32,000 bases of DNA from Candidatus Methanophagaceae archaeon (GCA_003194425.1 PQXB01000001.1:940444-972443); one strand, 5' to 3'; counted from the stretch's first letter, positions 7,886 to 15,972 are shown. Notes: generated from the letters alone by a model not told the origin. A program made the numbers and translations.

Positions 7886-8077
7886 TTACTTTATCACAAT
7901 CGTGTGGCTCATCAAGTTTATCTCTTTTATCCGCCCCGTCACATTTTTTGTCTCGCCAAATATTCCCCTCAGTTTTATCTCCTCGCCACTGACCTCCACT
8001 GTTGCCACATCCTCCATCAGCAACTCCCTGCCGCCCTCTTCGCCTCCCCTTTCAATCAGCACTCTTGATTCACACAT
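7886..8077 (-). CDS. CooT-family small protein (PF10133; nickel-binding, formerly 'predicted RNA-binding')
   Basis: The protein is 63 aa and starts with MCE (Cys2). The pattern ...LLMEDVATVEVSGEEIKLRGIFGETKNVTGRIKEINLMSHTIVIK matches the family consensus. The start lies 3 nt after the ahcY stop. Confidence 0.65.
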   Translation of the reverse strand: MCESRVLIERGGEEGGRELLMEDVATVEVSGEEIKLRGIFGETKNVTGRIKEINLMSHTIVIK

Positions 8078-8080
8078 TTT

Positions 8081-9352
8081 TCACTTCGTCCCCAAGTCCC
8101 AAGAGCTGAGATATTTCTCCTGCTCCTCAGTCAGTTCCTCCACCTCAACGCCCATCGTCTTCAACTTCAACCTCGCCACCTCCTCGTCGATTTCCCGCGG
8201 CACCGAGTACACCTCTTTACCCAACTTTCCATAATTTTCCACAATGTGTCGCACGCACAACGCCTGATTTGAAAAACTCATATCCATCACCTCTGGCGGA
8301 TGCCCGAACGCTGCAGCGAGATTCACAATCCTACCCTCGGAAAGCAGGTACAACTTCCTGCCGTCCTTCAGCCTGTACTCAAGCACATTCTCCTTCACCT
8401 CCCTCTTTGCCACCGCCAGCCCTTCCAAGTCGCCCACATTTATCTCGACATTAAAATGACCCGTGTTGGCGAGGATCGCACCGTCCCGCATCAGATCGAA
8501 GTGCTCGCCCCTCACGACCGAGGTGTCGCCAGTGGCGGTTACAAAGAGTTCGCCGATTCTCGCCGCCTCCCGCATCGGCATCACTCGGTAGCCGTCCATC
8601 ACAGCCTCCAACGCTTTTCTCGGGTTCGTCTCCACGACCACCACATTTGAGCCGAGTCCCTTCGCACGCAGCGCTACTCCTCGCCCGCACCAGCCGTAGC
8701 CCGCCACTACAACGACCCTGCCTGCGAGTAGGAGGTTGGTTGCGTTCAGAATGCCGTGAATCGTGGACTGCCCGGTTCCGTAGCGGTTGTCAAACATCAT
8801 CTTCGTCTCAGCATCGTTGACCGCGATGACAGGGTAGCCCAACTTCCCGTCCTTCGCCCTCGCGTGCAGCCGGATCACGCCCGTCGTCGTCTCCTCGCAC
8901 CCGCCAACCACATTTTTCATCAGTTCCGCGTACTTCGTGTGAACCCTCGTGGTCGCGTCCCCGCCGTCGTCAAGCACCACCGCGGGTCCTACTTCAAGGG
9001 TCGTTTCAAGGGCGTTGTCCAAGCACTCGTAGTACTCCGCCTCGCTCTCGCCCCTGAACGCGTAGGTCTTCACGCCGAGTTCCGCCAACGCAGTCGCCAC
9101 ATCGTCCTGCGTCGAGAGCGGGTTGGCAGCAGTAAGCGCAACCTCCGCACCGCCTGCCCGCAGCGTCAGGACAAGGTTCGCCGTCTCTACCGTAACGTGC
9201 AGGCACGCAGCCACGCTCACGCCCTCCAACGGCTTCTCTCGCTCGTACCGCTCTCTCAACATTCCCAAAACAGGCATTCGCCCACCAGCCCACTCAATTC
9301 TCGCTTTCCCGCTTTCTACAAGCCCCAAATCCTTTACAATATTGTCTTTCAT
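8081..9352 (-). CDS. ahcY: S-adenosyl-L-homocysteine hydrolase
   Basis: Motifs are VKDLGLVESGKARIEWA, CLHVTVETANL, the NAD-binding VAGYGWCGRGVA and NTGHFNVEI. I prefer ATG 9352 (MKDNIVKDL...). The ORF-track start at 9391 lies inside a duplicated 16-bp element. Confidence 0.9.
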   Translation of the reverse strand: MKDNIVKDLGLVESGKARIEWAGGRMPVLGMLRERYEREKPLEGVSVAACLHVTVETANLVLTLRAGGAEVALTAANPLSTQDDVATALAELGVKTYAFRGESEAEYYECLDNALETTLEVGPAVVLDDGGDATTRVHTKYAELMKNVVGGCEETTTGVIRLHARAKDGKLGYPVIAVNDAETKMMFDNRYGTGQSTIHGILNATNLLLAGRVVVVAGYGWCGRGVALRAKGLGSNVVVVETNPRKALEAVMDGYRVMPMREAARIGELFVTATGDTSVVRGEHFDLMRDGAILANTGHFNVEINVGDLEGLAVAKREVKENVLEYRLKDGRKLYLLSEGRIVNLAAAFGHPPEVMDMSFSNQALCVRHIVENYGKLGKEVYSVPREIDEEVARLKLKTMGVEVEELTEEQEKYLSSWDLGTK

Positions 9353-9362
9353 AACAAGCACT

Positions 9363-9394
9363 CCCTCTTTTCCAAATACCCTCTTTTCCAAATA
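9363..9394. repeat. 16-bp x2 perfect tandem duplication (CCCTCTTTTCCAAATA on the + strand) at the 5' end of ahcY
   Basis: Copies at 9363-9378 and 9379-9394 are identical. On the coding strand they read TATTTGGAAAAGAGGG x2. The second copy supplies the alternative upstream ATG at 9391. Confidence 0.9.
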
Positions 9395-9480
9395 TTTGTC
9401 TTAGCTTATTCTACTACCCCAAAGACCCACTGCATAAAAAACCTTTTTATCTTCTCCTTACAATAAAGAGCAGAGGAAAA

Positions 9481-9900
9481 ATGATAGTAAAAGAGGTACT
9501 TGACGAGGCAACCTTAACGCTTGCAGAGGTGAAGGAGATTTTGAGACCTCCTGAAATGAGAAAGAGGACTGTGGAGGGGACTGCGGAGGGGACTGCGGAG
9601 GGGACTGCGGAGGAGACTGCGGAGGGGACTGCGGCAGGGGAGGGAGAGGAGCTGAGGTACGAGAGGAGGAAAGCCACCGAGCACGCAGCGAGGTTTGCTA
9701 AACTCGGAGCAAAAGAGTCAAGGACGCTTGTAAACGAGCTTTTGAGGTTAGGGAAGACGAACGAGGCGGTTGCGGTGCGGGTTGCTGACTTGATGCCAAA
9801 GAGCAAGAACGAGGTTCGGGCGATTTACGCGAAGGAAAGATTTAGTCTTACAGAGGCGAGCATAGAAAAAATACTGGACTGCGTCGCAAAATTTGAGTGA
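9481..9900 (+). CDS. rpoF: DNA-directed RNA polymerase subunit F (Rpo4/RpoF)
   Basis: The N-terminus LTLAEVKEIL and the C-terminal HRDC-like part (ELRYERRKATEHAARFAKL...AVRVADLMPKSKNEVRAIYAKER) fit the family. The conserved archaeal neighbour DUF655 follows. Confidence 0.75.
   Translation: MIVKEVLDEATLTLAEVKEILRPPEMRKRTVEGTAEGTAEGTAEETAEGTAAGEGEELRYERRKATEHAARFAKLGAKESRTLVNELLRLGKTNEAVAVRVADLMPKSKNEVRAIYAKERFSLTEASIEKILDCVAKFE
9565..9636 (+). repeat. 12-bp x6 in-frame tandem repeat (GGGACTGCGGAG) encoding RTVE-GTAE-GTAE-GTAE-ETAE-GTAA in RpoF
   Basis: The three central copies (9577-9612) are identical and the outer copies differ by 1-2 nt. The repeat is codon-aligned to the 9481 frame. Confidence 0.95.
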
Positions 9901-9937
9901 TTTTGTAAATCTTAAAAAGTTTTAGGGGGAAGGAGGA

Positions 9938-10582
9938 ATGAAAAGGCACGAACACGAAGGGGGGAGAGAGAGAAAGAAGGAGAAGGGACGGCGGTCGGGC
10001 GGAAGGGAGAGGGGGCAGAAGAGACGAGAGAAGTATGCTCGGATCCTCGATTACTTGCCTTACGGGCATTCCGACAACTCCCGAGCGGTCTACCAGCGGA
10101 AGCCGCTTGCTCAAGCGATTGGCGAGGTCACGCTTGTCTTGATGGAACTTTCGCCGAAGAGTGAGAAGAGCGACAAAATCCCTGCGGTTTACGAGCGTGT
10201 TTACATTGGAGAAGGCGAGCGGGAGGTGATTGACCACGTAGTCAAGAGGTTAAACTATGACGAACTGACACCGACTGCGAAATTAGAACTCCCTTTTTTA
10301 CTTGAACGGCTGGTAAAAGAGGACGAAGTGAAGTTTATTCGTGCTTTCAACGAGGCACGATCAATTACTACGCGGCTGCACACGCTTGATTTGCTGCCTG
10401 GAATTGGGAAGAAATTAATGTGGGCGATTTTGGAGGAGCGGAAGAAAGGGGCGTTCTCCGACTTTGACGACCTCACGAGGCGGGTGAAAGGGCTTCACCA
10501 CCCTGAAAAGATAATCGCACGGCGAATAGAAGAGGAGATAAAATATGAGAACACAAAATACAAACTTTTTATGCGGCACTGA
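9938..10582 (+). CDS. DUF655 family protein (OB-fold plus helix-hairpin-helix), with a K/R/E-rich N-terminal extension
   Basis: Motifs are ARILDYLPYGH, PLAQAIGE, LHTLDLLPGIGKKLMWAILEER and the FSDFDDLTRRV pattern. Its position after rpoF is typical in archaea. Confidence 0.7.
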   Translation: MKRHEHEGGRERKKEKGRRSGGRERGQKRREKYARILDYLPYGHSDNSRAVYQRKPLAQAIGEVTLVLMELSPKSEKSDKIPAVYERVYIGEGEREVIDHVVKRLNYDELTPTAKLELPFLLERLVKEDEVKFIRAFNEARSITTRLHTLDLLPGIGKKLMWAILEERKKGAFSDFDDLTRRVKGLHHPEKIIARRIEEEIKYENTKYKLFMRH

Positions 10583-10745
10583 CTGACTTCGTGCGTAAAG
10601 TTGTTTTGCTGAGACGGACAGAAGATTCAGAGAGTTAGCAGGGCAGCGAGTAGAAGAAGTTTGTCCTTGCGGGCAGTGGCGAAGGGTTGGTTCGGATTCT
10701 AAACGACGCGGCGTTCCGCCTCAAGAACTTCGGAGAGGTCAGACC

Positions 10746-11180
10746 TCAGACCAGACGAAACTTCTTCTTAATCTCTTTCAACTTCGCCTCGTCCAACTGC
10801 AGCATTCCCGCAATTTGGGGCTCGGGGTAGCCTTCGATAAACAGCCAGACAAACTCTTCTTCCAAATGCGACAACCTTTCTTCCTTGAGGAGTTCGCTGA
10901 GCTCTTCTACTTTCTGCTTCGTCTCCTTTAAGAGCGTGCTGGTGCGTGCTGACACCCGTGGCGGTCCCAAGCGTTTCTGCCTGGTGCCTGATTTAGGGAA
11001 GCCAAAGGTGTTTAGAGTGCGACCCACGGAATTGAATTTTATCGCAGGAAGTCCCTCTTTGGCTCGGAGTGCGTTCTCCTCGTCGTATATTTCCTCCGCA
11101 GACAGCCCTTCTTCGCTATTTAACCGCTCTAAGTAACGATTCATCCAGTGTGGTTTTTTTATTTCTTTCGTCTCTTTCAT
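10746..11180 (-). CDS. Hypothetical protein with a possible C-terminal HTH (sigma-70 region 4/LuxR-like)
   Basis: The ORF is 144 aa. The C-terminal EEEFVWLFIEGYPEPQIAGMLQLDEAKLKEIKKKF looks like a helix-turn-helix. I recognise no family. It looks somewhat less GC-rich than its neighbours (by eye, not counted). Confidence 0.4.
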   Translation of the reverse strand: MKETKEIKKPHWMNRYLERLNSEEGLSAEEIYDEENALRAKEGLPAIKFNSVGRTLNTFGFPKSGTRQKRLGPPRVSARTSTLLKETKQKVEELSELLKEERLSHLEEEFVWLFIEGYPEPQIAGMLQLDEAKLKEIKKKFRLV

Positions 11181-11241
11181 TTTTCGCCTTCTTTTTTGTT
11201 TTGTTTTTATAACTTTTCCAAGTGTTTATAAAAAAAGTAAC

Positions 11242-12216
11242 TCACACTCGCTTCACCGTCTTCGTCTCACCCTTCCTCACGAAGACCCGCTCGCCAGTGC
11301 CAACCCCCACACACTCCAGCCCTTTTCCTTTCCGCACCTTCTCAATGGAAAACTCTCTCTCACCAATTTTTACCACCTCCGCTTCTTTGAACCCCGGTAG
11401 TCTGACCGAGAAAGAGACCCTGTAAATATTTTTTCCGTCCCGCCTGCCGTACAACCTTCGGCTCTCGGAAAAACCGCCGCCCAGCCTCTTCACCACCTGC
11501 TTCGAAATCCTGCGACCACTTTCCGCACTGCTGACATAAAAATCCAGCCCCTCTTTCAAGACCGTCTCTTTAGAGACAAAATCCGCTTCACCCAACGCCG
11601 AGTACGCGATCTCCTCAGCCGTAGCCAGCTCCTCGTCTGTTAGAACTCTCTCCTCAGCCCTTATTTGAACAATTCCTGCGTAGTACCCGCCTGCGATTCT
11701 GCTACACCGTTCGCAAGTCTCATTTTTAAAAATAACCTCTACTTCCCTGCTCTCTTCCACTTCCACCCCTCTCAACTCTGCTTTTACACTCACAAATGCA
11801 ACCGCTCCTGCTCCTGCTGCCCTTGTTCCTGCTGCCCTTGTTCCTGCTGCCCTTGTTCCTGCTTCCCCTGCTCCTACTGCTGCTTCTCCTTCCGACACCT
11901 CAACCACACACTCGCAGCCAAACCGCTTTCTCACCGCTCGCCTCACCGAGTCAGCAACCGCCTCTTCTACGGTCGTTCTCTCTTTGCCTTTAAAGTAACC
12001 GCCGCAGCTCCCGCAAACGCCTACGCTTACGCTTACAGGCACATTCAAACTCGTCTGTTTTAAAAAACACTCCTTACACAAGGAATCGAAGAGTTCGTCC
12101 GTCTTTTTACCGCACCTCGGGCAGAATTTACTCCACTTTCCTCCTCTGCCCCTCTTTCCCTCTTCCTCTTCCTTTTCGGTTTCCATTTTTCCCGCCCTTC
12201 TTCCGACCATCCTCAC
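11242..12216 (-). CDS. NMD3 family protein (archaeal homologue of the 60S export adaptor)
   Basis: Zn-ribbon motifs are FCPRCGKK...LCKECF, VCGSCGGYF and NETCERCSR. The start is ambiguous: GTG 12216 (GTGA overlap with the MFS stop), ATG 12210 or ATG 12186. Confidence 0.7.
   Translation of the reverse strand: MRMVGRRAGKMETEKEEEEGKRGRGGKWSKFCPRCGKKTDELFDSLCKECFLKQTSLNVPVSVSVGVCGSCGGYFKGKERTTVEEAVADSVRRAVRKRFGCECVVEVSEGEAAVGAGEAGTRAAGTRAAGTRAAGAGAVAFVSVKAELRGVEVEESREVEVIFKNETCERCSRIAGGYYAGIVQIRAEERVLTDEELATAEEIAYSALGEADFVSKETVLKEGLDFYVSSAESGRRISKQVVKRLGGGFSESRRLYGRRDGKNIYRVSFSVRLPGFKEAEVVKIGEREFSIEKVRKGKGLECVGVGTGERVFVRKGETKTVKRV
11813..11868 (-). repeat. 15-bp x3.7 in-frame tandem repeat (CCTGCTGCCCTTGTT on the + strand) encoding AGTRA x3 in NMD3
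   Basis: Copies at 11813-11827, 11828-11842 and 11843-11857 are identical, followed by a partial copy. The protein reads ...GEAGTRAAGTRAAGTRAAGAGA... Confidence 0.95.
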
Positions 12217-13568
12217 TCCTTAAAATGCTTTTGAAGACCAACAAACAGACCTACTGACACGAGGCTGACCGTACTGCCATAGAGAAAAGTCAAGCAGTAA
12301 GAGGGCAAGTGCGTTGCCGGAACAGACCACAGGAATCCCGCGATTAAACTTGCCGGCAGAGCAGCTACTCCCGTCAGGGTGTGAAAAGTGCCAAGTGCGG
12401 TCGCTCTCAAATCGCCCGCAGACGCGGAGAGGTCTGAGAGGTCTGAGACGAAAGCCCGTTGAGTTCCTTCGACCATCGCAAAAACCACGCCGTAAAGCGG
12501 GAACAAAAACAGGAAAGTAGTGAGCGAGGAAAAGGGCGAGAGCGAGTCCGAGAATGCAAACCCAAGACAAACCACAGAGAAGAGCAGGTAGCCAAAAATA
12601 AGCATTTTCCTCTTTCCGATTCTGTCCGAGAGCGTGCCGAAAGGAATTGCAAAAACGGCGTAGAATATATTAAAAAAAACATACAAAAGGATTACGAGAG
12701 CACTCGCCTCTTTCACGGGCATTACCGCCAAGAACGTCGCCTCCGCCTTTAAAATGAAAAACATGTAGGTAAAGTTGGCGAATGCAAAAACGGTGGCTAC
12801 CACGACGAAGAATTTGAGCGGCGTTGGCAGTTCTTTCAGGCTCTCTCGCAGCCCCGTCTCCTCCGACCTCCTTCTCTCCCGCGTCCCCTGCGGCTCCTGC
12901 TTCTGCTCCTGCTTCTGCTCCTGCTTCTGCTCCTGCCTCTGCTCCTGCTTCTGCTCCTGCCTCTGCTCCTGTGTCTCCGTTCCTCTTCGCCTCCTTTCCT
13001 CCTTCACGAAGTAAATCGGGAGCACCGAAAAGAACGCAACGACCGCCGCCACAAAAATGATAAACTTAAACCCAAGCCCAAAGAACCAATAAAAAAGAAG
13101 CACTGCAAAGCCTCCAAAAATCGCACCCGCGGTGTCGAACGCTCGGTGAATTCCGAACCCCCTGCCCCTCGCTTCAGCAGGTGCGGAATCCGCGATAATC
13201 GCGTCTCGCGGTGCAGTCCTCAAGCCTTTTCCCACACGCTCAAGACTGACGAAGACCAACACGTGCTGCCAGACTGCGGAGAAAGAGAGCAGCAGTTTGA
13301 AGCACGCGGAGGTCAGGTAGCCCGAAGCGACAAAGACCTTCCGCCTTCCCACTCGGTCTGACCAGTGCCCAGAAAGAACTTTTAGGAGGCTTGAAATGCT
13401 CTCTTGCAGCCCGCCGACCAGTCCTACAGTAAAACCACCGCCGCCCAAAGCGAGAATAAACATCGGCAGAATCGGGATTATCATTTCACTGCTCAAGTCG
13501 TTCAGGAAACTGACAACGCCCAGCAGAAGAATGTTTGGGCTTGTCCCCCGAAAATATTTGCCTGCCAT
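12213..13568 (-). CDS. Major facilitator superfamily transporter
   Basis: The protein is 451 aa with about 12 hydrophobic segments. An MFS loop-2/3 motif GHWSDRVGRRK is present, and the central loop carries a repeat insertion. Confidence 0.75.
   Translation of the reverse strand: MAGKYFRGTSPNILLLGVVSFLNDLSSEMIIPILPMFILALGGGGFTVGLVGGLQESISSLLKVLSGHWSDRVGRRKVFVASGYLTSACFKLLLSFSAVWQHVLVFVSLERVGKGLRTAPRDAIIADSAPAEARGRGFGIHRAFDTAGAIFGGFAVLLFYWFFGLGFKFIIFVAAVVAFFSVLPIYFVKEERRRRGTETQEQRQEQKQEQRQEQKQEQKQEQKQEPQGTRERRRSEETGLRESLKELPTPLKFFVVVATVFAFANFTYMFFILKAEATFLAVMPVKEASALVILLYVFFNIFYAVFAIPFGTLSDRIGKRKMLIFGYLLFSVVCLGFAFSDSLSPFSSLTTFLFLFPLYGVVFAMVEGTQRAFVSDLSDLSASAGDLRATALGTFHTLTGVAALPASLIAGFLWSVPATHLPSYCLTFLYGSTVSLVSVGLFVGLQKHFKE
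12429..12448 (-). repeat. 9-bp x2.2 in-frame tandem repeat (GAGGTCTGA on the + strand) encoding SDLSDL in the MFS transporter
   Basis: Copies at 12429-12437 and 12438-12446 are identical. The protein reads ...AFVSDLSDLSASAG... Confidence 0.85.
12893..12972 (-). repeat. 12-bp x6.7 in-frame tandem repeat (GCTCCTGC(T/C)TCT on the + strand) encoding (QEQK/QEQR)n in the central MFS loop
   Basis: Six full copies lie between 12893 and 12964, followed by a partial copy. The only variation is a single T/C position. The protein reads TQEQRQEQKQEQRQEQKQEQKQEQKQE. Confidence 0.95.
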
Positions 13569-13593
13569 TTGCTTGCCACTGCTTTTTTTCGTT

Positions 13594-13623
13594 GCAAATT
13601 TATTATTTGCAAATTTATTATAT
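13594..13623. repeat. 15-bp x2 tandem duplication (GCAAATTTATTATTT) in the divergent MFS/gap promoter region
   Basis: Copies are 13594-13608 and 13609-13623 (13/15 identical). They are followed by TTTTTATAG about 25-30 nt upstream of the gap ATG (13656). Each unit carries TATA-like TTTATTAT. Confidence 0.8.
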
Positions 13624-13655
13624 TTTTATAGTAAAATTCCAAATAGCCACTTGTT

Positions 13656-14741
13656 ATGAAGGTAGCGATAAATGGGTGGGGGAGAATTGGGCGAATCTTT
13701 TTTAGAACGGCGCTGCGTAACAACTCGGATCTGGATTTGGACTTCGTAGCGATAAACAGCCACGCTGCCGAGGCGTCCTGGGTCGCACACCTCTTGAAGT
13801 ACGACTCTGTGCACGGCGTGCAGGCAGGGGAAATAAAGGGGCACCCACGGGCAGAGGACGAGACGAGCACGCTGGTCGTAAACGGGAACGAGATAAAGAT
13901 TTTTGCAGAGAACGACCCTGCGAACCTGCCGTGGCGTGAGTTGGGCGTGGATGTGGTCGTAGAATCGACAGGGAAGTTCCGGGACAGAGCGGGGGCGGAG
14001 AAGCACCTTGACGCGGGCTGCAAAAAAGTAATAATTACTGCACCTGCGAAGACAAAGGACGACGCGGACGTAACGCTTGTCCCGGGTGTTAACGACGAGG
14101 CGTACGACCCTGCAAAGCACGAAATCATTTCGCTCGCGAGTTGCACCACGAACTGCTTGGCGCCGGTGGCGAAGGTCTTAGACGACGAGTTTGGCGTAAA
14201 GCGTGGTTTTATGACGACGGTGCATTCCTACACTAGCGACCAGAAACTTCTCGACGGCAGGCACAAAGACCTCCGCCGGGCTCGTGCCGCGGCGATGTCA
14301 ATAATTCCAACCACAACCGGAGCAGCGGCTGCGATCGGGCTCGTCCTGCCCTCGCTGGCAGGGAAACTGGAGGGTGTCGCGCTGCGTGTCCCTACCTTTA
14401 ATGTCTCGGTCGTTGACCTCGTGGTAGAGTTAAGAGAACAAAAATTAAAAGGACAAGAAATTACCAAAGAAGTGGTGAACCGTGCATTTGAGGCGGCAGC
14501 GACCTCTCCGGACTCCTCGCTGCACGGAATTCTTGGCGTTTCTCACGAGCCGCTCGTCTCGATTGACTACTTGGGAACGAACTACTCCTCGGTCGTTGAC
14601 GCGCTTTCGACGAGTGTGCTGAAGGGTCACGGAGGAGAGGGGAATTTAGTGAAGGTTTTGGCGTGGTACGACAACGAGTGGGGTTACTCGTGCCGAGTGC
14701 TGGACCTGCTAAACCGGATTGCGAAAACGAAAAATGAATAA
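13656..14741 (+). CDS. gap: Glyceraldehyde-3-phosphate dehydrogenase, class I (bacterial/eukaryal type)
   Basis: Motifs are INGWGRIGR, LLKYDSVHG, the active site ASCTTNCLAP and WYDNEWGYS. These are class I hallmarks, not the archaeal class II enzyme. Confidence 0.9.
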   Translation: MKVAINGWGRIGRIFFRTALRNNSDLDLDFVAINSHAAEASWVAHLLKYDSVHGVQAGEIKGHPRAEDETSTLVVNGNEIKIFAENDPANLPWRELGVDVVVESTGKFRDRAGAEKHLDAGCKKVIITAPAKTKDDADVTLVPGVNDEAYDPAKHEIISLASCTTNCLAPVAKVLDDEFGVKRGFMTTVHSYTSDQKLLDGRHKDLRRARAAAMSIIPTTTGAAAAIGLVLPSLAGKLEGVALRVPTFNVSVVDLVVELREQKLKGQEITKEVVNRAFEAAATSPDSSLHGILGVSHEPLVSIDYLGTNYSSVVDALSTSVLKGHGGEGNLVKVLAWYDNEWGYSCRVLDLLNRIAKTKNE

Positions 14742-15972
14742 GCAGTTGGGCGACTTCCTGACGATTGACGATTTTGAGGTAGCGGGAAGGACGGTGCTCT
14801 TTCGGGCGGACATAAATTCTGTGGTCGTAGACGGGAGAGTGGAAATGAAGGAGCGGATTCAGGAGAACGCAAAGACGATTCGGGAGCTCTCGGAGAAGGG
14901 TGCGAGGGTTGTTGTTCTCGCCCACCAGGGTCGTGTCGGCAGGGCGGATTTCCTGCCCTTAAACCAGCACGCGGAACTGCTCCGCAGGTTTGTGGATTTG
15001 GAATTCGTTGAAGACATAATTGGACCTGCAGCGCGGGCGGGGATAAAAAATCTCGGCGACGGCGAGGTCTTGCTGCTCGACAACGTTCGGATGCTCGCAG
15101 AGGAGACGCTCTCACGGTCGCCCGAGGAGCACGCGAAATCAATTTTCGTGAGACGGCTCGCTCCCCTCGCGGACATTTACATCAACGACGCCTTCTCGGT
15201 CGCTCACAGGTCGCACGCCTCGGTGGTCGGCTTCCCGAGGGCTTTGAAGGAGAATGGTGTAGGAGCAGGTGCGGTGGGAATTGGGCGGCTGATGGAGCGG
15301 GAGTTGGTGGCGTTGGAAAAGGCAGTCCACAGCATAAAAAAGCCGTGCGTTTATGTTCTCGGCGGTGTGAAGCCCGAGGAGGTGCTTGATGTGATGGAGC
15401 ACACGCTGAGGCGGGGGAAGGTGAACACCTACCTCACAGCCGGCTCGCTCGGCACGCTCTTCCTCTACGCCCGCAACATAATTGAGCCGAGTGAGGAGCA
15501 GAAGGCTGACGAGGAGTTTATGAAGACGCTGGAGAGAGCGAAGCGGATTTTGGCAGAGGGGGGGGAAAAAATAAAATACCCTGAAGATGTTGCAGTTGAC
15601 TTGGGTGGGCGGAGGGAAGAGATTCCAGTGGAGCAGTTGAAACCAAAACAGCAGATTTACGACATCGGAGAGCGGACGAGCGAGGACTACGCAGAACAGA
15701 TAAAAGACGCGAGGACTGTGATAATGAAAGGTCCTGCGGGGTTGTACGAGAAGGAAGAGTTCGCAGAAGGGACGAGGGAGCTTCTAAAGGCAGTCTCAAG
15801 CTCTGACGCGTTTTCTCTGCTCGGCGGCGGGCACACTTCCGCGGCGATTAGCACGCTCGGAATGAGTAAAAGCAAGATGTCCAACGCTCACGTTAGTCTG
15901 GCTGGCGGGGCGTTCTTGAAGTATCTTTTGGGCAACCACCTGCCCGGAATTGAGGTCTTGAGAAAACACTGA
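14734..15972 (+). CDS. pgk: Phosphoglycerate kinase, archaeal type
   Basis: Motifs are VLFRADINS, VVLAHQGRVGR, NDAFSVAHRSHASVVGF and LLGGGHTSAA. I use ATG 14734 (MNKQLGDF), which overlaps the gap stop by 8 nt. The ORF-track TTG at 14719 is an alternative. Confidence 0.9.
   Translation: MNKQLGDFLTIDDFEVAGRTVLFRADINSVVVDGRVEMKERIQENAKTIRELSEKGARVVVLAHQGRVGRADFLPLNQHAELLRRFVDLEFVEDIIGPAARAGIKNLGDGEVLLLDNVRMLAEETLSRSPEEHAKSIFVRRLAPLADIYINDAFSVAHRSHASVVGFPRALKENGVGAGAVGIGRLMERELVALEKAVHSIKKPCVYVLGGVKPEEVLDVMEHTLRRGKVNTYLTAGSLGTLFLYARNIIEPSEEQKADEEFMKTLERAKRILAEGGEKIKYPEDVAVDLGGRREEIPVEQLKPKQQIYDIGERTSEDYAEQIKDARTVIMKGPAGLYEKEEFAEGTRELLKAVSSSDAFSLLGGGHTSAAISTLGMSKSKMSNAHVSLAGGAFLKYLLGNHLPGIEVLRKH

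Noticed and set aside
7863-8234. The + strand ORFs 7863..8234 and 7865..8068, rich in S/P/L.
   Set aside because: They lie antisense to the CooT-like gene and the ahcY 3' end. They are low-complexity with no motifs, whereas the minus-strand CooT-like reading matches a known family pattern.
10583-10745. A possible tRNA or C/D-box sRNA in the 163-nt spacer (GGTTCGGATTC resembles a T-loop).
   Set aside because: The flanks do not pair into a T stem or an acceptor stem. There is no RUGAUGA/CUGA box pair on either strand.
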